Shown here: in pieces, positions 22,613 through 35,269 of the stretch
How positions within the stretch are numbered: position 1 is the stretch's first letter
How the letters are laid out: every line of letters starts with the position of its first letter
From: Hyphochytrium catenoides
Taxonomy: Eukaryota > Protista > Hyphochytriomycota
Direction: 5' to 3'
DNA length: 41,376 nucleotides
Assembly (NCBI GenBank): GCA_900088475.1
Contig: FLMG01001810.1
Location: forward strand, 1 to 41,376
Translations under genes and position numbers: made by a program
Notes under the pieces: generated by a model
The model's database searches: none
What the model was told of the DNA's origin: nothing
What the model saw: only the letters and a program-made list of their open reading frames with translations

Positions 22613-23635
22613 ACCGGTGCACGAAGCAGCCATAGGAAGTGGTGATACAGTCACTCAGGCGCTAAACAGGCAATAAAAGACTGGTCCTAGCTCTTTCAAT
22701 GTTATCAAAGCTGAGCGTCTACCAGCGATCGAAGATTAATAGCCACCTCAGGTCCTGGGCTCTTTATCTTCGATTATATATAATGGGTAACAGCTAAGAC
22801 AAGAGGCTCACTCTGGTTTGAGCGGTGGTGAGGATTGAGCAGCCCATGCGTAGTACTCCGTCGCCATATGGACGTAAGAGCGGCATGACGGAAACTGTCG
22901 TCTTGAAGACACAGACTTGCGGTGACAGGAGATACGTTTGTCTAGACCTTTTCCATTGCCATCGCCAACTCTTTGTCCTCATCCTGTGCCCTACCAACCT
23001 GATGTTTATAAGTACAAGTAGTACTGAATGACCATTATCATAAACTGATAAGTACCACATGGTTAGGATATTAACCTAAATAGTTAGATTTAAGTGAGTT
23101 ACGTGACCGTTCTCACCATGTACTTGATACTTGCATTTGTACCCAGCATAACCTCTGCTTGTTATACTGTACGAAAGCGCGGACGACAATGATGATAGAA
23201 GGCCAAGAGCTAGGCCAAGCAAGGCCTTTCATCAGTAGGAACAGTTCTCATCCTCTCACAGGCTGACGGACAGGCAGGTGCACAGGTCTTCAAAACGTTG
23301 CTGATGGCTCGGTGACGTTATCTAGCTACCAAGCCCTTGCCCTCAGCTCATCCTCACCTCATCAGCGATCAGCGTTGTGACAGTGGAGCCCTCTGAGCCT
23401 GGGCTTGCTGCACCTTAAGACCATTCCCCGGTAGACCTATCACAACCGACCGCAAGACGCAGACGATTCCAGATGTGTTGGTTCTTAAAGGAGAGGTTGC
23501 GCTCTCGTTGCTAGCTCCTATTCCACATTGCTTGTGTATGGCCATAATGATCAGTGGTGCGTGAGCTCTGAAATCTAGCTCCGGCGATCTGTCCCAGGCT
23601 TGAGTCTTTCTGGAGTAGTGGCAGCTGTCATCAGG

Positions 23636-25285
23636 ATGGTAGAGAATGCTGATGCGACGCCAAGGGCACTTGGTGTCCGCGCCACTATTGTGTCGGAGCA
23701 GCAGGATTGGGATTATCACTATCTCATCAAGCGCTATGAAAGCTTAGCCAAAGATACAAAGCAGCTCTTCGACGAATATAAGGTCGTCGCCAGTGAGGAA
23801 TTGCGCCTGAAGAGCGAGAAAAAGTAGGTCTAATCCCATAGCACCTTTACAGCTTCATATGACTGCTTAAGCAATGCCTTGCCAACCTTTCTATGGAAAA
23901 GGTTCTTGATGGAGCGATTAGCCACCCTCAGACGTCGGAGAGCACTATCATTTGCTCCTGGAAGGCGAGGAGGAAGGACCCCGGGACGTGGAGTAAGCAA
24001 GCGTTCTCTCCTTTGCCATCTTCCTTTGAATCTCTCCCTCACTCGTCTACTCCCATTGCTTCTCCCTTCTGTTGTTCGTGTCCGTCGATCTCTGACGGAT
24101 TTCCTACGCATACAATAGGGTAGAGGCGGCGGCCGGCGGGGTCGAACCGAGACCCCGAGAAACCGCCCATCGCCGCTGACACCCACGCCGTCGGGCGCAG
24201 CAGGGAGACTGCCTGATGGAACAGCAGATCGGAAGCGAACCCCGCGCGGTAGAGGCCGCGGGACCCCACTTGGAAGTCGTCACCGAGCAGGAACTGGGTC
24301 CCCGAGATCCCTAAGTTCGTCAGAAGTAGCGCAGGTCCGGCGAGCCGCTAGCGCAACGGTGCAGGAAAAGGGGCTTGCTCGCGGTCCCCCAACACCATTC
24401 ATCCTGTTCTGTGAAGAGCAGCGGCAGAAGCTTGAAGACCATAATAAGCCGGTACGAGACTCTCCGGCTTTGTGGCAGTGCAATCCTCGCGAGAGTCAGA
24501 TCCCCTGATTACCTGGGTCATGCAGATACCAGCAGATTTCTCAAGGCTCATGGCTGACCTCTTTGACGATCTTTCGGAGAGTGAAAAGCAGGTAAATTTA
24601 GCGATTGCCCAAAGAATATAACCGTCGTCGATGGAAAAAGTAGGGCAGCGCATTCGTTGTCTAAGGAGTTAATTGGTTTGCTTGATAGGTGTACCAAGAT
24701 AGGCATATGGAGCTCACGAGACAGCATAAAGCCAAACATCCTGACTACCAGACGGAGCAGGTCAGGAAAGGGCGCGTCCAGGCCATCAACACTGCCAGCA
24801 GCCATTGACCCTTTTACCTTCTCTCATCTGTGCCCTTCCTTCCCTGCAACTCTTATGTATACTCCCTCTTCTGACTCCATCTTTATCCTCCTCCGGCGCT
24901 AAATCCGCCATAGCATGCTGCGCCGAGCTTCATCAGCCCACAACCACCAAGTTTGCCACAGCCGAGTCGAAAGTCTTTCCTATCCCACGTTATCCTGAAT
25001 CCAGACAGCGGCCCGTTTTCGAGCTCGTTGTTGCTGCACGATGAAGATGCAATGGAGGTCAGTGTCTAATGACTAAACATCAATTTTGACCTCCAGATCG
25101 CCGCCTCTTCCCCACCGGGTGTTCCGTCTCTTCTATCTATACTATCGGTTCCCTAATGGATGCGTACTGGTTCTCTGACGCAGAAACGAGACAGCGGGAT
25201 GATGGAGGAGGAGGATGAAGATGATGACGAAGACGAGGATGACGACGAGGATGACTTTACCCTTCTTAACAACCGCTATATGTAG
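23636..25285 (+). CDS. HMG-box protein with N-terminal coiled coil, RG-rich linker and acidic tail (Nhp10/INO80E-like)
   Basis: Spliced: YESLAKDTKQLFDEY..ELRLKSEKKFLMERL; GRGGGRRGR linker; HMG box GPPTPFILFCEEQRQKL..ADFSRLMADLFDDLSESEKQVYQDRH..HKAKHPDY; EEEDEDDD tail; TAG at 25283-25285. An extra exon in 24770-25180 cannot be excluded. Confidence 0.82.
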
Positions 25286-25650
25286 AACAACCCGTAGCTC
25301 TCCCTTCTCTCAAGCTGAGATGTCCCTCCTTACCTCGCCTCTAATTTGTTATACACCTTCAGCCAGGCTCTCTATTCTTATCTTATTGTACATGCCGAGC
25401 TATCGATTGTAGGGCTCAGGCTCCGGTTAACTTTATGCATGGAGCTGCTTTTGCTTTCATTTAAATACATCTATTGGTACTTCTACGTCTGAGGTGTGCC
25501 CCAGCTTACGGTAATTGGCGTCCAATGTAGCGGTGAAGGACTAAGATCATCAGCTCTTGGTGTCTCGAGTGGTGTGGTCCGACGAATCATGGTCTTCCCA
25601 TGCAAATGCACCTTGGTCAGGCAACTTCTCCTCTCCTCATTCTTGTGGTC

Positions 25651-28600
25651 TCAAACAGCTGTCATCCCTGATTCTTCTTCCTGTCTCAACGGGGAGCTCC
25701 ACAAGGCGTACCGCAGTCCAGCGTGCAACCCTTTGTCGGCGCTTTTGTCGTGGGGCCCAAGATCGGAGCCACCCTTAGCTTCGTGTGGCCTACCTTTCCC
25801 TTGTGAGAAGGACACCTGAGAGTCTATAGACGAAGTGAAGTTTCTGCCTGAAGGCTTCTGATTAGTGTCGCCACCCTGTCTAGTTACGTGGCCCTGTCCA
25901 CGCGAACCGCTAGCAAGATAGGCGACACGTGCAGCGTTTGGCGGCCTTTGCGGTAAGCCCCATGGAGGACTAAAAGGCATCTCCCCAAGCCGGCTCCCTT
26001 GAAAGTCCCGAAATGTACTTGAATGGACACTCGTGGGGACATGAGGAGGAGTAATGCTGGCGAACTCGGGGTTCCTGGACAACCTAGAGCGGGCTTCTTC
26101 TCTAAGACTGCGGAGCTGCAGTAGAAGTCTCCTAGTTCTCTCCTGTATATCGTCCTCTTCCGCAGCCTTCAATAAAGAGCTGCGAAGCCATTGAGGCGAA
26201 AACGCCGAGTCAGTGTTTAACCTCCTGCCCTCACCCGCCTTATCGCCTGTTAATTTTAGCTGTCCTGCTTGCTGATCACCAAACGACTCTGAGCGATCTG
26301 ACATACTGCTCAGGTGCACATCCGACGTGACAAAGTCAAGCCTTTCATGAATCTTGTGCCGGTCGTTTTCTGAAGCCATTCCCGACGGCCCTTCAATAGG
26401 TTCTTCGGCAACAGAAGTCCCGGCGCGGAGCTGAGGTTTAGGGTTGCGCCTGTCTATCTCTCCACTGCTAAAATTTGAAGGAACTGGCTCGTGCTGGACA
26501 TGCACCAAGCCATGGGGAGAAGCGGATTGTATTGTCCTTTGGAGCTCCTCTCTTCTAGTCTGCCCAACCTCTTCTCTACTTGATGGCAAGCAATTTGAAC
26601 TCCAATGCTCTCCTTGTTCTGCAGTATGGCCATCAGGGCCATTCGTTGACCTATCGCTGCCCATACAGTCTCCTTTCTCCTCGTCCGTTTCTGCTTCTGT
26701 TTGATGAGCTTGCGCGAGAGTAGCGTCCTGAAACATTGAACTCTGTTCAGCAGTCTGCTCTTGAGTCGATTGCGCTACTTGACGACTTCCCGTTTGAGCT
26801 GGTACCGCGGCCTGACTACTCGTATCACTGATGTGACTCCGATCCCGGTCTTGGCTTGGTGCTTCGCCCGACTGTGCAGGAGGGTGCTGGAAGTTGGGTC
26901 CGGTCGTCGTGCCCTCACGTTCTTTATCCGCCAGACTTGGGCTTGTGCAGTTCGATTCCAAGATGTCTGGTGCTCTTGCAGTGCCCGGGTGATGAGAGAG
27001 CGAGACGACCAAGGAGGCCAAAATCCTCTCTATGCTCTCTATTCGCTGCTGCTTTTCCTCCACCCGAGCGGAGAGAACCAACTCTGCAGGACTGGAGGGT
27101 AAAGATGGCCTAGGCGTACGTGCCACGGGAGTAAGGTTGCTTATAACCTGAGGCCGAGGGGCGGCTGCCGGTTGAAATCCTTCAGTACGCTGCTGCTGAT
27201 ATTGAGAAATGGGACCGTCGCTAGCAATGCAGACACCGTCGTCCTCGTCCACTTCTGGAACTTGGCTGCCTTTCTCGCTTTTTGTGACCTGGATGTGATT
27301 CCCGGCTCCGGTCAGATATACGCTACTTGCAGGCTCTGGTCTTCCTTCTAACCGCTCCTCAGGAATGGACAATGGGATCCCTGAGGCGCTGGAAGCGCCA
27401 CGGTCAACGGCTGTTGGGCGATACCCAGTTAGGTCAGGCCTAGAGGTCAGCTCGGGGGAGAGTCGGAACGGCGACGGCGGGGCTGACGGAAGTTGCTCTA
27501 TATCTAAGAAGATTGCGAGTGTCAGAATGCGAAACATCCATTCAAGACTATGAACTTTGGTGCCTACCCGGAGGTTGAAAAGGCTGGATCTCCACTCGGA
27601 GGCCACTCCCTTCCTGCCCTGGTGTTCTGCCGTCGTTGATCGTCAACCCCGCGTGCACCACCTTATTCTTTTCCCCGTCTACAGGGCCTGTGCCCTTTAA
27701 CCTGAATGTTTCGAATCAAGTTAGGATAAGATGAGGAAGAGGTCCATACTGAGGAAATCGAACCGAGTGATTTCTCTTTATCTACAGATTAGTCGGCCGT
27801 ACCTGTCCAGCCTGCTTCGTTCCCTATCTCTCAGCAGTCGAGATAAGCGCAGATGACTCTCTGGCAACTCCTCATCCGACGAGTCGCTGGCAGTAACAAG
27901 AAGAAAGCGGGAGGAATAGGGTTAAAGGGAAGGTTTGGCCCGCACGTGTTTGTGTGAGGGCAGGGCATCTCACCTATGCCATGCACTTGAGTTCTCCGGC
28001 TCCAGCCACAGTTTCCGCCGCTGCCGGCTCCGCGCACGCTATGAGCAGTTTTAAAGAGTGCTTAGGGTGCAGTTTTCTGCCAAAGGATATCAGAATGCCC
28101 TCCTACCATTGTGACGACCTTGGACAGTGGACTACTAGGCATGTCAGCTTTTAGCTTTCGCCACCAACCTAACTGTCTATGATCTAAGTCATCGCTGCTG
28201 TCGCTAAATGCCGACGAAGAAAGGGACAACGACGGAAAGACTTCATCCTTCGTCGCCGTCCGAGAACCTTGAAGATTTATGCGGGCGCAGTGCGGCGTTT
28301 CTGTGATAACGTCTAAAACGTCAGCCTCTGGGCCCTCTCTGACAATATCAGAAACGCCAGCATCCAGGCCTTCTACCTAGCCATTGGCATCAAACGTCTT
28401 AGGAGCGGAGTGACCAAGGAGAGAGCATTGGATGCACGAGAAACAGAGTTGAAAGCTGTGAGGGTACTGGCAAGGACCGAAAAAGCCCCTACAATAGCAT
28501 GCACTAGGGAGGTAAACACAGCGGAGTAGAGCAAACCGAAGATTGAGAAAGCGGCAAATATTCACACATCTCGCAGGTTTGCGTCTATGGAACCAACTCC

Positions 28601-29487
28601 AAGGCCGCTGTCTTCCAAGTCGTAGAGCACGCCTCGAGGATACAGATCAGGCCATTCCTCCAGTCCAGAAGGCGCAGAGCCTGCGTGCTTCTTCGTCTTC
28701 CGCTTTTCAGGCTTCCCATAGCTCACCGAGTGTCTGGAAGAATCGTGACGGCGAAGATAGGCATCCAGCTCGGATCTGGGCGAGGGCTGATCGCTTCGCA
28801 GCCACGGCGACAGGTCATCTTGTAGCAGCGACGTCCAGGGGAGTGTCATAGACAAGCACGGAGGTGATAGGATGAAAAAGGCCAGCCAACTTTATCACAA
28901 AGATGGATTACTTATGCGACATGACTCGAAGAAACTCCCTTACCTCTAAGAGAAGCGTCAAAAGAGTTTGATGAGGCTTTCCAAGGTGACCATCCTTCCT
29001 GTCCCTGCGACCTGCCTTTGCGGTCGTGGGATGGTGGTGTGCCAGTCGTGGTAGAGGAAAGCGGTAAGTGCCTACTTCCTTCCGCCCCTCGGCCACGGAG
29101 ATGAGAGCGGATGTGAGTGGGAAAGGGACTTGGAGAGCAGGAACTTTGTCGATTCATGTCCGCCTCCTCTAACTGGGAAACCTCCACTTTTGCTGGCCTC
29201 CCGTGACGCTCAGAACGATTACCACTTCTCATTGTGGAGGCAGAGGACGCCCCACTTGCGTCTGCCCTGCTCTCTTTTCCAGTACGAGGTGGTTCGGATA
29301 GAACCGTTCCGCTATGCGGTGGCTTATAGCTCTTGGCTAGGCTTGCTCTGGGTAGTGGACTTCTGCTTTGGCCACGTGTCATGCCTCGCGCGGGTGCCTC
29401 GCGTTGTTTTCCCTCTACGCCTGAGGCTCGTCGAGGACTGTAGTGACGCAAGCCCGCGGTCCAGGAAGTACCTGTCCTTCTATCCAT
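25651..29487 (-). CDS. Large, mostly disordered S/P/Q/E/R-rich hypothetical protein, multi-exon (ends uncertain)
   Basis: A ~1.85-kb open exon (25651-27505) joins in frame to upstream GT-AG exons near 27570-27701, 27803-27886, 27975-28376, 28600-28820 and 28944-29487. No recognisable domain apart from short coiled-coil segments. Confidence 0.65.
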
Positions 29488-31538
29488 CCTAAGGGACGCG
29501 GCCGATCTGGTTCTTCAGGGCCTTGCACCTGCCATATCCGGCCACTGCTGCTCATACAAGGTTGCTGGGTTCAGTGTGTTAGCGTTGGTATTAGCGGCGC
29601 CATTGACAGACGGTCCCAGAGCAAGCGAATATGTACTTTTTTCCATAACGTGGCAGCTCTGGGACTTAGTGGCCAGTGCACATACTGCGATGGTTCTCGC
29701 TCAAGCGTCTGGGGTACTCAAGGCCGCTACCTTCGCTCCCGCAGAGCAGGTTTCTCCTCGCAGACCCGGACTTGAACCCTTAGCTGGTCTTTCTTGCTTC
29801 TGATTGCTTTAGAGCCATGATGCAAGCAGCGGTCCGGCCTAGGCAGACAGAGGCGCCAAGCTTCCAACCAAATCTGCCATTTCACCACCGCAGACGCCAA
29901 GGCAGCCGAGCACCGAGCAGCAGTCCTGATCTTGATGATGAGGAGATATGACGATGGCGATGACAGAGGTGGCTCGGAGATCGGAACATCAGGAGAGGAA
30001 GAAGAAGAGAAGGCTCGATCTCTGGTCTCTCCGGACCAGCTGACCCTGACCCGGCAGCACCAGCAGAAAAACGCAATCTTGAAAAACCAACGCCCTCAAT
30101 GTTCCGAAAATAATGCGAAACTGTACATTGGTCTTCCCAAAATAACAAGGGAACCTTTCTAACTTCCTCCAGTTCTATAGAGGTTACCCAAACTACCCAC
30201 CTTTCATCAGTTAGACAGACCTCACAAAGAAAATAACATCATAGATCGCCATAACAAAGCGGTGTGGATCTTTGACTTGCAGATTCTACAGAGGTTGGCG
30301 ACGAAAGCAGCAGCCACCACCAGCAGCAGCAGCAAGCAGGCAGGCAGAGAAGGACGTCACCCCATTGAAGGAAACCCTTCATCGTTAGAAGGAGGAGGTG
30401 CGGCTGCTGCTGTTGGGGAGAGGAGGGTGCTAGACGATGCTACGTTATCCTCGGGCGGCCGCTTAGCATTGATTAGTAGAAAGCAAGTTTATCGGCTTTA
30501 GAAGAGTTGCTGCTGGGCTTCTTCTCGAATAAGCCTATACTACGACTTCTAAATAGTTAGTACGTAGATAGCGAGTAGCGTCGTTTGTTCATTCTTATCA
30601 TCATCTCAAGCTCAGGAGGGGTGGCTTAGGAACGACAGCAATAGTTGGTGCGACAACGACATAATAGTATTATGAGAATCCTCTTCTCGTCGAGCATCAC
30701 CATCCCATCGACGAACGCTACAACAAGAAAAAAGGAGGTAATAGTCGGGAAAACAAGCAGCAGTCAGCGCCTTCCCTCCGCCTTCTGTTTGTTTGTTCTC
30801 ACTATCAAAGAAAGGAGAAATAGCGACAAAGGTAACAACCAACGAGCTCTACGTACAGTATCTGACAGGAGGAAGGTAATAACTCCGTCGTCGTCCTGAA
30901 GCAAAGAAGGCTGCTGCGTCCCACGTTAGTCTTCTGTTCTACAAGCCGAACAGAAGCAGAAAATAGTAGAGGGCCGGCGCATCATCTTCTACTAGCTTTT
31001 TCCATCATCAAACTAAAGTTCTTTGGGCATGTTATTATGTAATATGAGAAGAGGACGCCGGCTGCCCCTCTTCCAGTTCACAAACCATAGGACCACCACC
31101 ATGATGCTAGCCCAAGGAGAGTTGTCTCACCCTTCATACGCGGCATTTGCCCTGAATGATGTAGAAGAAGGCAGCAAGTAGTACGCAAGACGACTGTCGT
31201 CGCGCGGAAGGGACCCAAGTGGACACTTTGCATTGCAGGGACGACAACACAATTTGAGAGCCCGTCGTCGTAGTACATCCATCCAGTGATAGCAGATGAC
31301 GCTGCAGCTGGTCATCCTCCGGATGTCGTAGCGACAAGCATACATTACGAAGCCAAAGAGAAGTTGAAACGTAATTGACTTTGACCGTTATTAGGAGTCG
31401 TCTACTAGTAGACGGAGCGTGGCCGGCCGCCACCATCAGGGACCATCATCAGTAACAATAATTGATGAATTCCTTCTTTCGACTTAGGACCCAAAAGAAT
31501 GAAGCAGCAAACAAAAGCCCCAATAACACTTGGGCCAG

Positions 31539-31556
31539 NNNNNNNNNNNNNNNNNN
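31539..31556. other. Assembly gap (18 N)
   Basis: Run of n in the sequence. Confidence 1.
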
Positions 31557-34500
31557 AACCTCGCAGCAGTCGTCTTTGGTGGTGGAGGTAGTAGCAGGGG
31601 AGCACAACCTCACAGCAAGAGGCAACTGGGCTTTGTATCACACGGTACACGGCGGTGAAAGAGCAAGCTAGTGGGCAGTAAGCCTTCCAACAAGCTAATA
31701 CTCTTAAAAAATAGATTATGAGGGGTTTAATGTTCTGCAGCCAGTCCCCCGATGGCGGAGCGAGAGTCGGATACCGGAGCGCTTACTTCAATTATGCACC
31801 GTGGTGTCTCTCAGGAGCAGAACCTTGAACGTACCGTGCGTGCCCCGTTTGTGTGGACCACTGGAATTTGCGTCCCTTATCTGCACGCTATGGAGGTGGA
31901 TTGTGGCTTGCTTATCTGCATGCTACGGAGGTGTCTAGTGATGATATAAGTAAGGAAGTGAATTTCAACTTCTTGCCGCCGACGCTGCTGATGTCACCAC
32001 TGCTGGACGGACCCGATGCTTGTCAACTCAAGGTCATTTGGCTCGGCTACATGCCTACCTGTATGGAGAGGGGTATTAAGTTTGCTAAGAAAGCGTCACA
32101 CAGACACGCTCATAGGTGGAAGGCATTATTTCGGCATGGATAACGATGCTTCCCAATGAGGCTTTCCAGACAGCCGGTCACAGGGTCCTTTCTTATAATA
32201 GGCCATCCGCAAAACAGCAGCGGACTCGAGTGGTGCGGGATTTAAGAGAACCGCTAGGCTACTACATAAGTGAATTGACATCAGACTACTAGGGAGATCG
32301 TATAACCTCACCGGTAAAGCACCTAGTATCCCTGAACCTAAAGAAGGTCACTCTTTCAACATTTTGTCTTCAAAAAGCGAGGTTAGGTGGTGCACTTCAT
32401 AACATATCAGTGATCACAGCAGCACTGATTCTTGCTAATGTTTGGAAACACCCTTCCTAAGAGGAAAGGCCACACAATCTCACACATCATCTCTTCAATG
32501 AGCTGCTGAATAAAGGTGTCCTGGTTCTGGCCCTTCTGGTTTACCCCCAGAGACAGCTAAGTACATCGTTCTCCCTCTTCTTCTCTCTCGTCTTCCCTTA
32601 TTAGAAGCATATTGGCACGACGCTTTATCTTAACACGGTCATTAAAGTAACACGCCGCCATTAACATAGGCGCGTTGGGGAGGTAAAGGGCCAGGGCCAC
32701 ATCATACAAGGGAAAGCAAACTTTGAGCCGTCGAGTTCGGGCAAAATAAAACATAGGAGCGAATGTAGTGCTGGACGGGAGCAACGTACATAACCAGGCG
32801 TCCTGGTAGACTTTACTCTTCTTGTGGGTGGCCAGTCAGTGGAAAGCGATACGTCGCTAGCCTTCTCTGACATAGAGGGCGGTGTGAGAGCCGGCGACGA
32901 TCATCGCAGGACTCGCGTTGCGTCCTAACCCTAGCCCTAAGCAGGAGGTATTTGTAACTGACAAACTTTTTTATAGAATAGATAGGGTAGTAACGGCGAC
33001 GCAAGAAGCACAAGAGAGAGAGCAGTAGTGTCACGAGTAGTTCAAATGCCACAATAACCGACAGCGACCGATAAAACTAATCAGGGTGTGTTGTGCGACA
33101 AATATTATGCATAAAAAAGAAAGACCAAAGAGTGGCAGTACAGTAGTCAGTAGTAGCCTTAGTGTAACAACGAAGTGGCAAAGAAAAGAAGTTATTATTT
33201 ATTGATGAACGAAAGATAGGAGACAAATATATTGTTTACTTAGAACGTAGTATTGTGAGTTCAGCTAAGACTGTTCCGTGTTAGTGCACACCACCTCCTC
33301 CCCGCAGCACCTTGGGACCGTCAAGGACTCTGGACTACCTGCATTTTGAGTATAGAACTTCCTTTATATAGAAAGCGAAAACAGGGTAGAGAATAGAGTT
33401 GCAAATCTAGTCCTCTGAACATTATATCCTCCGTGTTTACTGGGGCGGCCCGGATGACTCCAGTCCTTATGTCTAAATGTGGCAAGAACCGTGGGCATTC
33501 GGCTGGCAAAAGTCGAGAGGCGGGAAGCAGCAGATCGGTTTTGGAGAAGCCTGCGGCTCGGAAAGGCCCATAGATAACATTCGTTCTCTCCCATAGCCTT
33601 AGGGTAAAGCCTAAGACGGTACTCTACAACAGTGCCTTCGAGCAGTCCTCCTATTGATTGACTTCCTTGTTTTTTTACCGCATGACATTCATGATGACTC
33701 TATTGATCCCCCCAGGGGATGATGGAAAACAGTAGTAGCTGTCCATCTAAGCCCTACATGTTAAGAGTCGTTCAAGGTACAGTACTACTTTTGGATCCCC
33801 AGTGAATGCACCTGGCACCATCTGGGTGCTACAGCATCATTTGTTAAGGGCTCGCGGGAGAAGAAGGCGACTGCAGGAGACGTGTGCGTAGACTGCTGGG
33901 CGTGGATCGGAGCTCTTCCAAGAATAGAACTAAAGCGGGATGACAGAGACACTCCCACTCCACATCTATCACGAAGGGGATCCGCTGGCACAGCGTAGCG
34001 TGCCATCAACCTCGTCAATTGCGCCACCACCCACTACTGTGGAAAGCCCATACTTCTAGCCGACAGAAAAAAAATGATGGACTTATTTATTTCGACGATT
34101 TTCAAAAACAATACATCACTGCTACCGCACCTTGCTGTTGGCGCTGGGCAGGCAATCGGACCCGTTCAGCAAAAAAGCATACTCGTTACCACCATCATGG
34201 CATAAGGTTTTACGGAGTACTATAGAAGTGGACGACAAAGACGACACAACTTTTTTAGAGCAGGTTGACTGAGAAAGGTAAGGCCTAGCCATAACATTCC
34301 TTCGTATCTCACCTGGGTCGCCCTAACCGAGCATCTACTGTCAAGGTGGAGGACGTCGTCATCAATAGCTCCACGAAGGATGAAGGTCACCCTGGGTAAA
34401 GGCTTTATAAAAGGAGTACTTGTACGCTTGGGCTCGAGAGGCTTCGACCTGAGCTGCCGCTTCTTTACTGTTCATCACGGAAGTGAACGAACTACCGTTA

Positions 34501-35269
34501 GGGTTTACAATAATCAAGATTAGCCGCTTTAGCTGTCTTTATCACCCACTGGAGGAAGCTTGATAAAAGGATTGGGCGCTGATATGGAGCAGTTACGCTC
34601 ACTTGATACTCTTACTAATTCAGCTCTTAGCCTGATGAGGATGTCTCTCGAAGAGGAAGAGGAGGGAAGGAAGCGGCGGTGGAGCTCACAGTAGGAGAAC
34701 TACCGAGTGCTACCTCTCCAAGCCTGAGCACTGCCAGCTCAACATTATTGACCAATAGCCAATAGCACCTGGATGAGCGTGAAAGGACTCCATACAACTC
34801 CCGGACTAGTATAAAGACCTTGGCACCCGCAAGATAGAAAGCTAGCAGCTCGTACTACTACTATAGTTTATTAGAGTACCAGCTTCTATTTTTACTCACA
34901 TTCACATGTTATTATTACCTCACTTTCTTACGCCGAGCGTGAAACATGAGCACAATCCACCACTAGTCTACATCACTGAAAAGACAGCAATCAAAAGCTT
35001 TCCCTAGAGTCTTCAGTAGTAGTGCAACGGTAGTAGTAGTAGGGCTTTTGTTTCAACCTTGCCGTTACAAAGAGTAAAAGATAAAGACAGAAGGCGGCGG
35101 CGCCAGCGCTGCCTGTCCAACTTATTACCGCTGGCGCCGGGTGATGTGTAGTTAGTAAGTAGTGTAACCTCCCGTATGTTTATATGTGTAGAGAGGATGA
35201 TATCCACCCGCGTCCTAGCCAGTGGAGCAGAAACTCCTATAACCCCATCGGCAGCTCATGGTAGTAACA

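Noticed and set aside
23189-23266. Possible C/D-box snoRNA (atgatga...ctga) with an imperfect hairpin
   Set aside because: No terminal stem or recognisable rRNA guide; such short boxes occur by chance.
26949-26960. gttcgattcc T-loop-like tRNA motif
   Set aside because: Lies within a coding exon, with no cloverleaf or A-box.
4779-29487. Alternative genetic code or non-canonical introns to explain the fragmented ORFs
   Set aside because: The genes I spliced resolve with GT-AG introns and the standard code.
32130-32146. ttcggcatggataacga resembling the lipase FGMDN codons near 21437
   Set aside because: Similarity does not extend on either side; likely chance.
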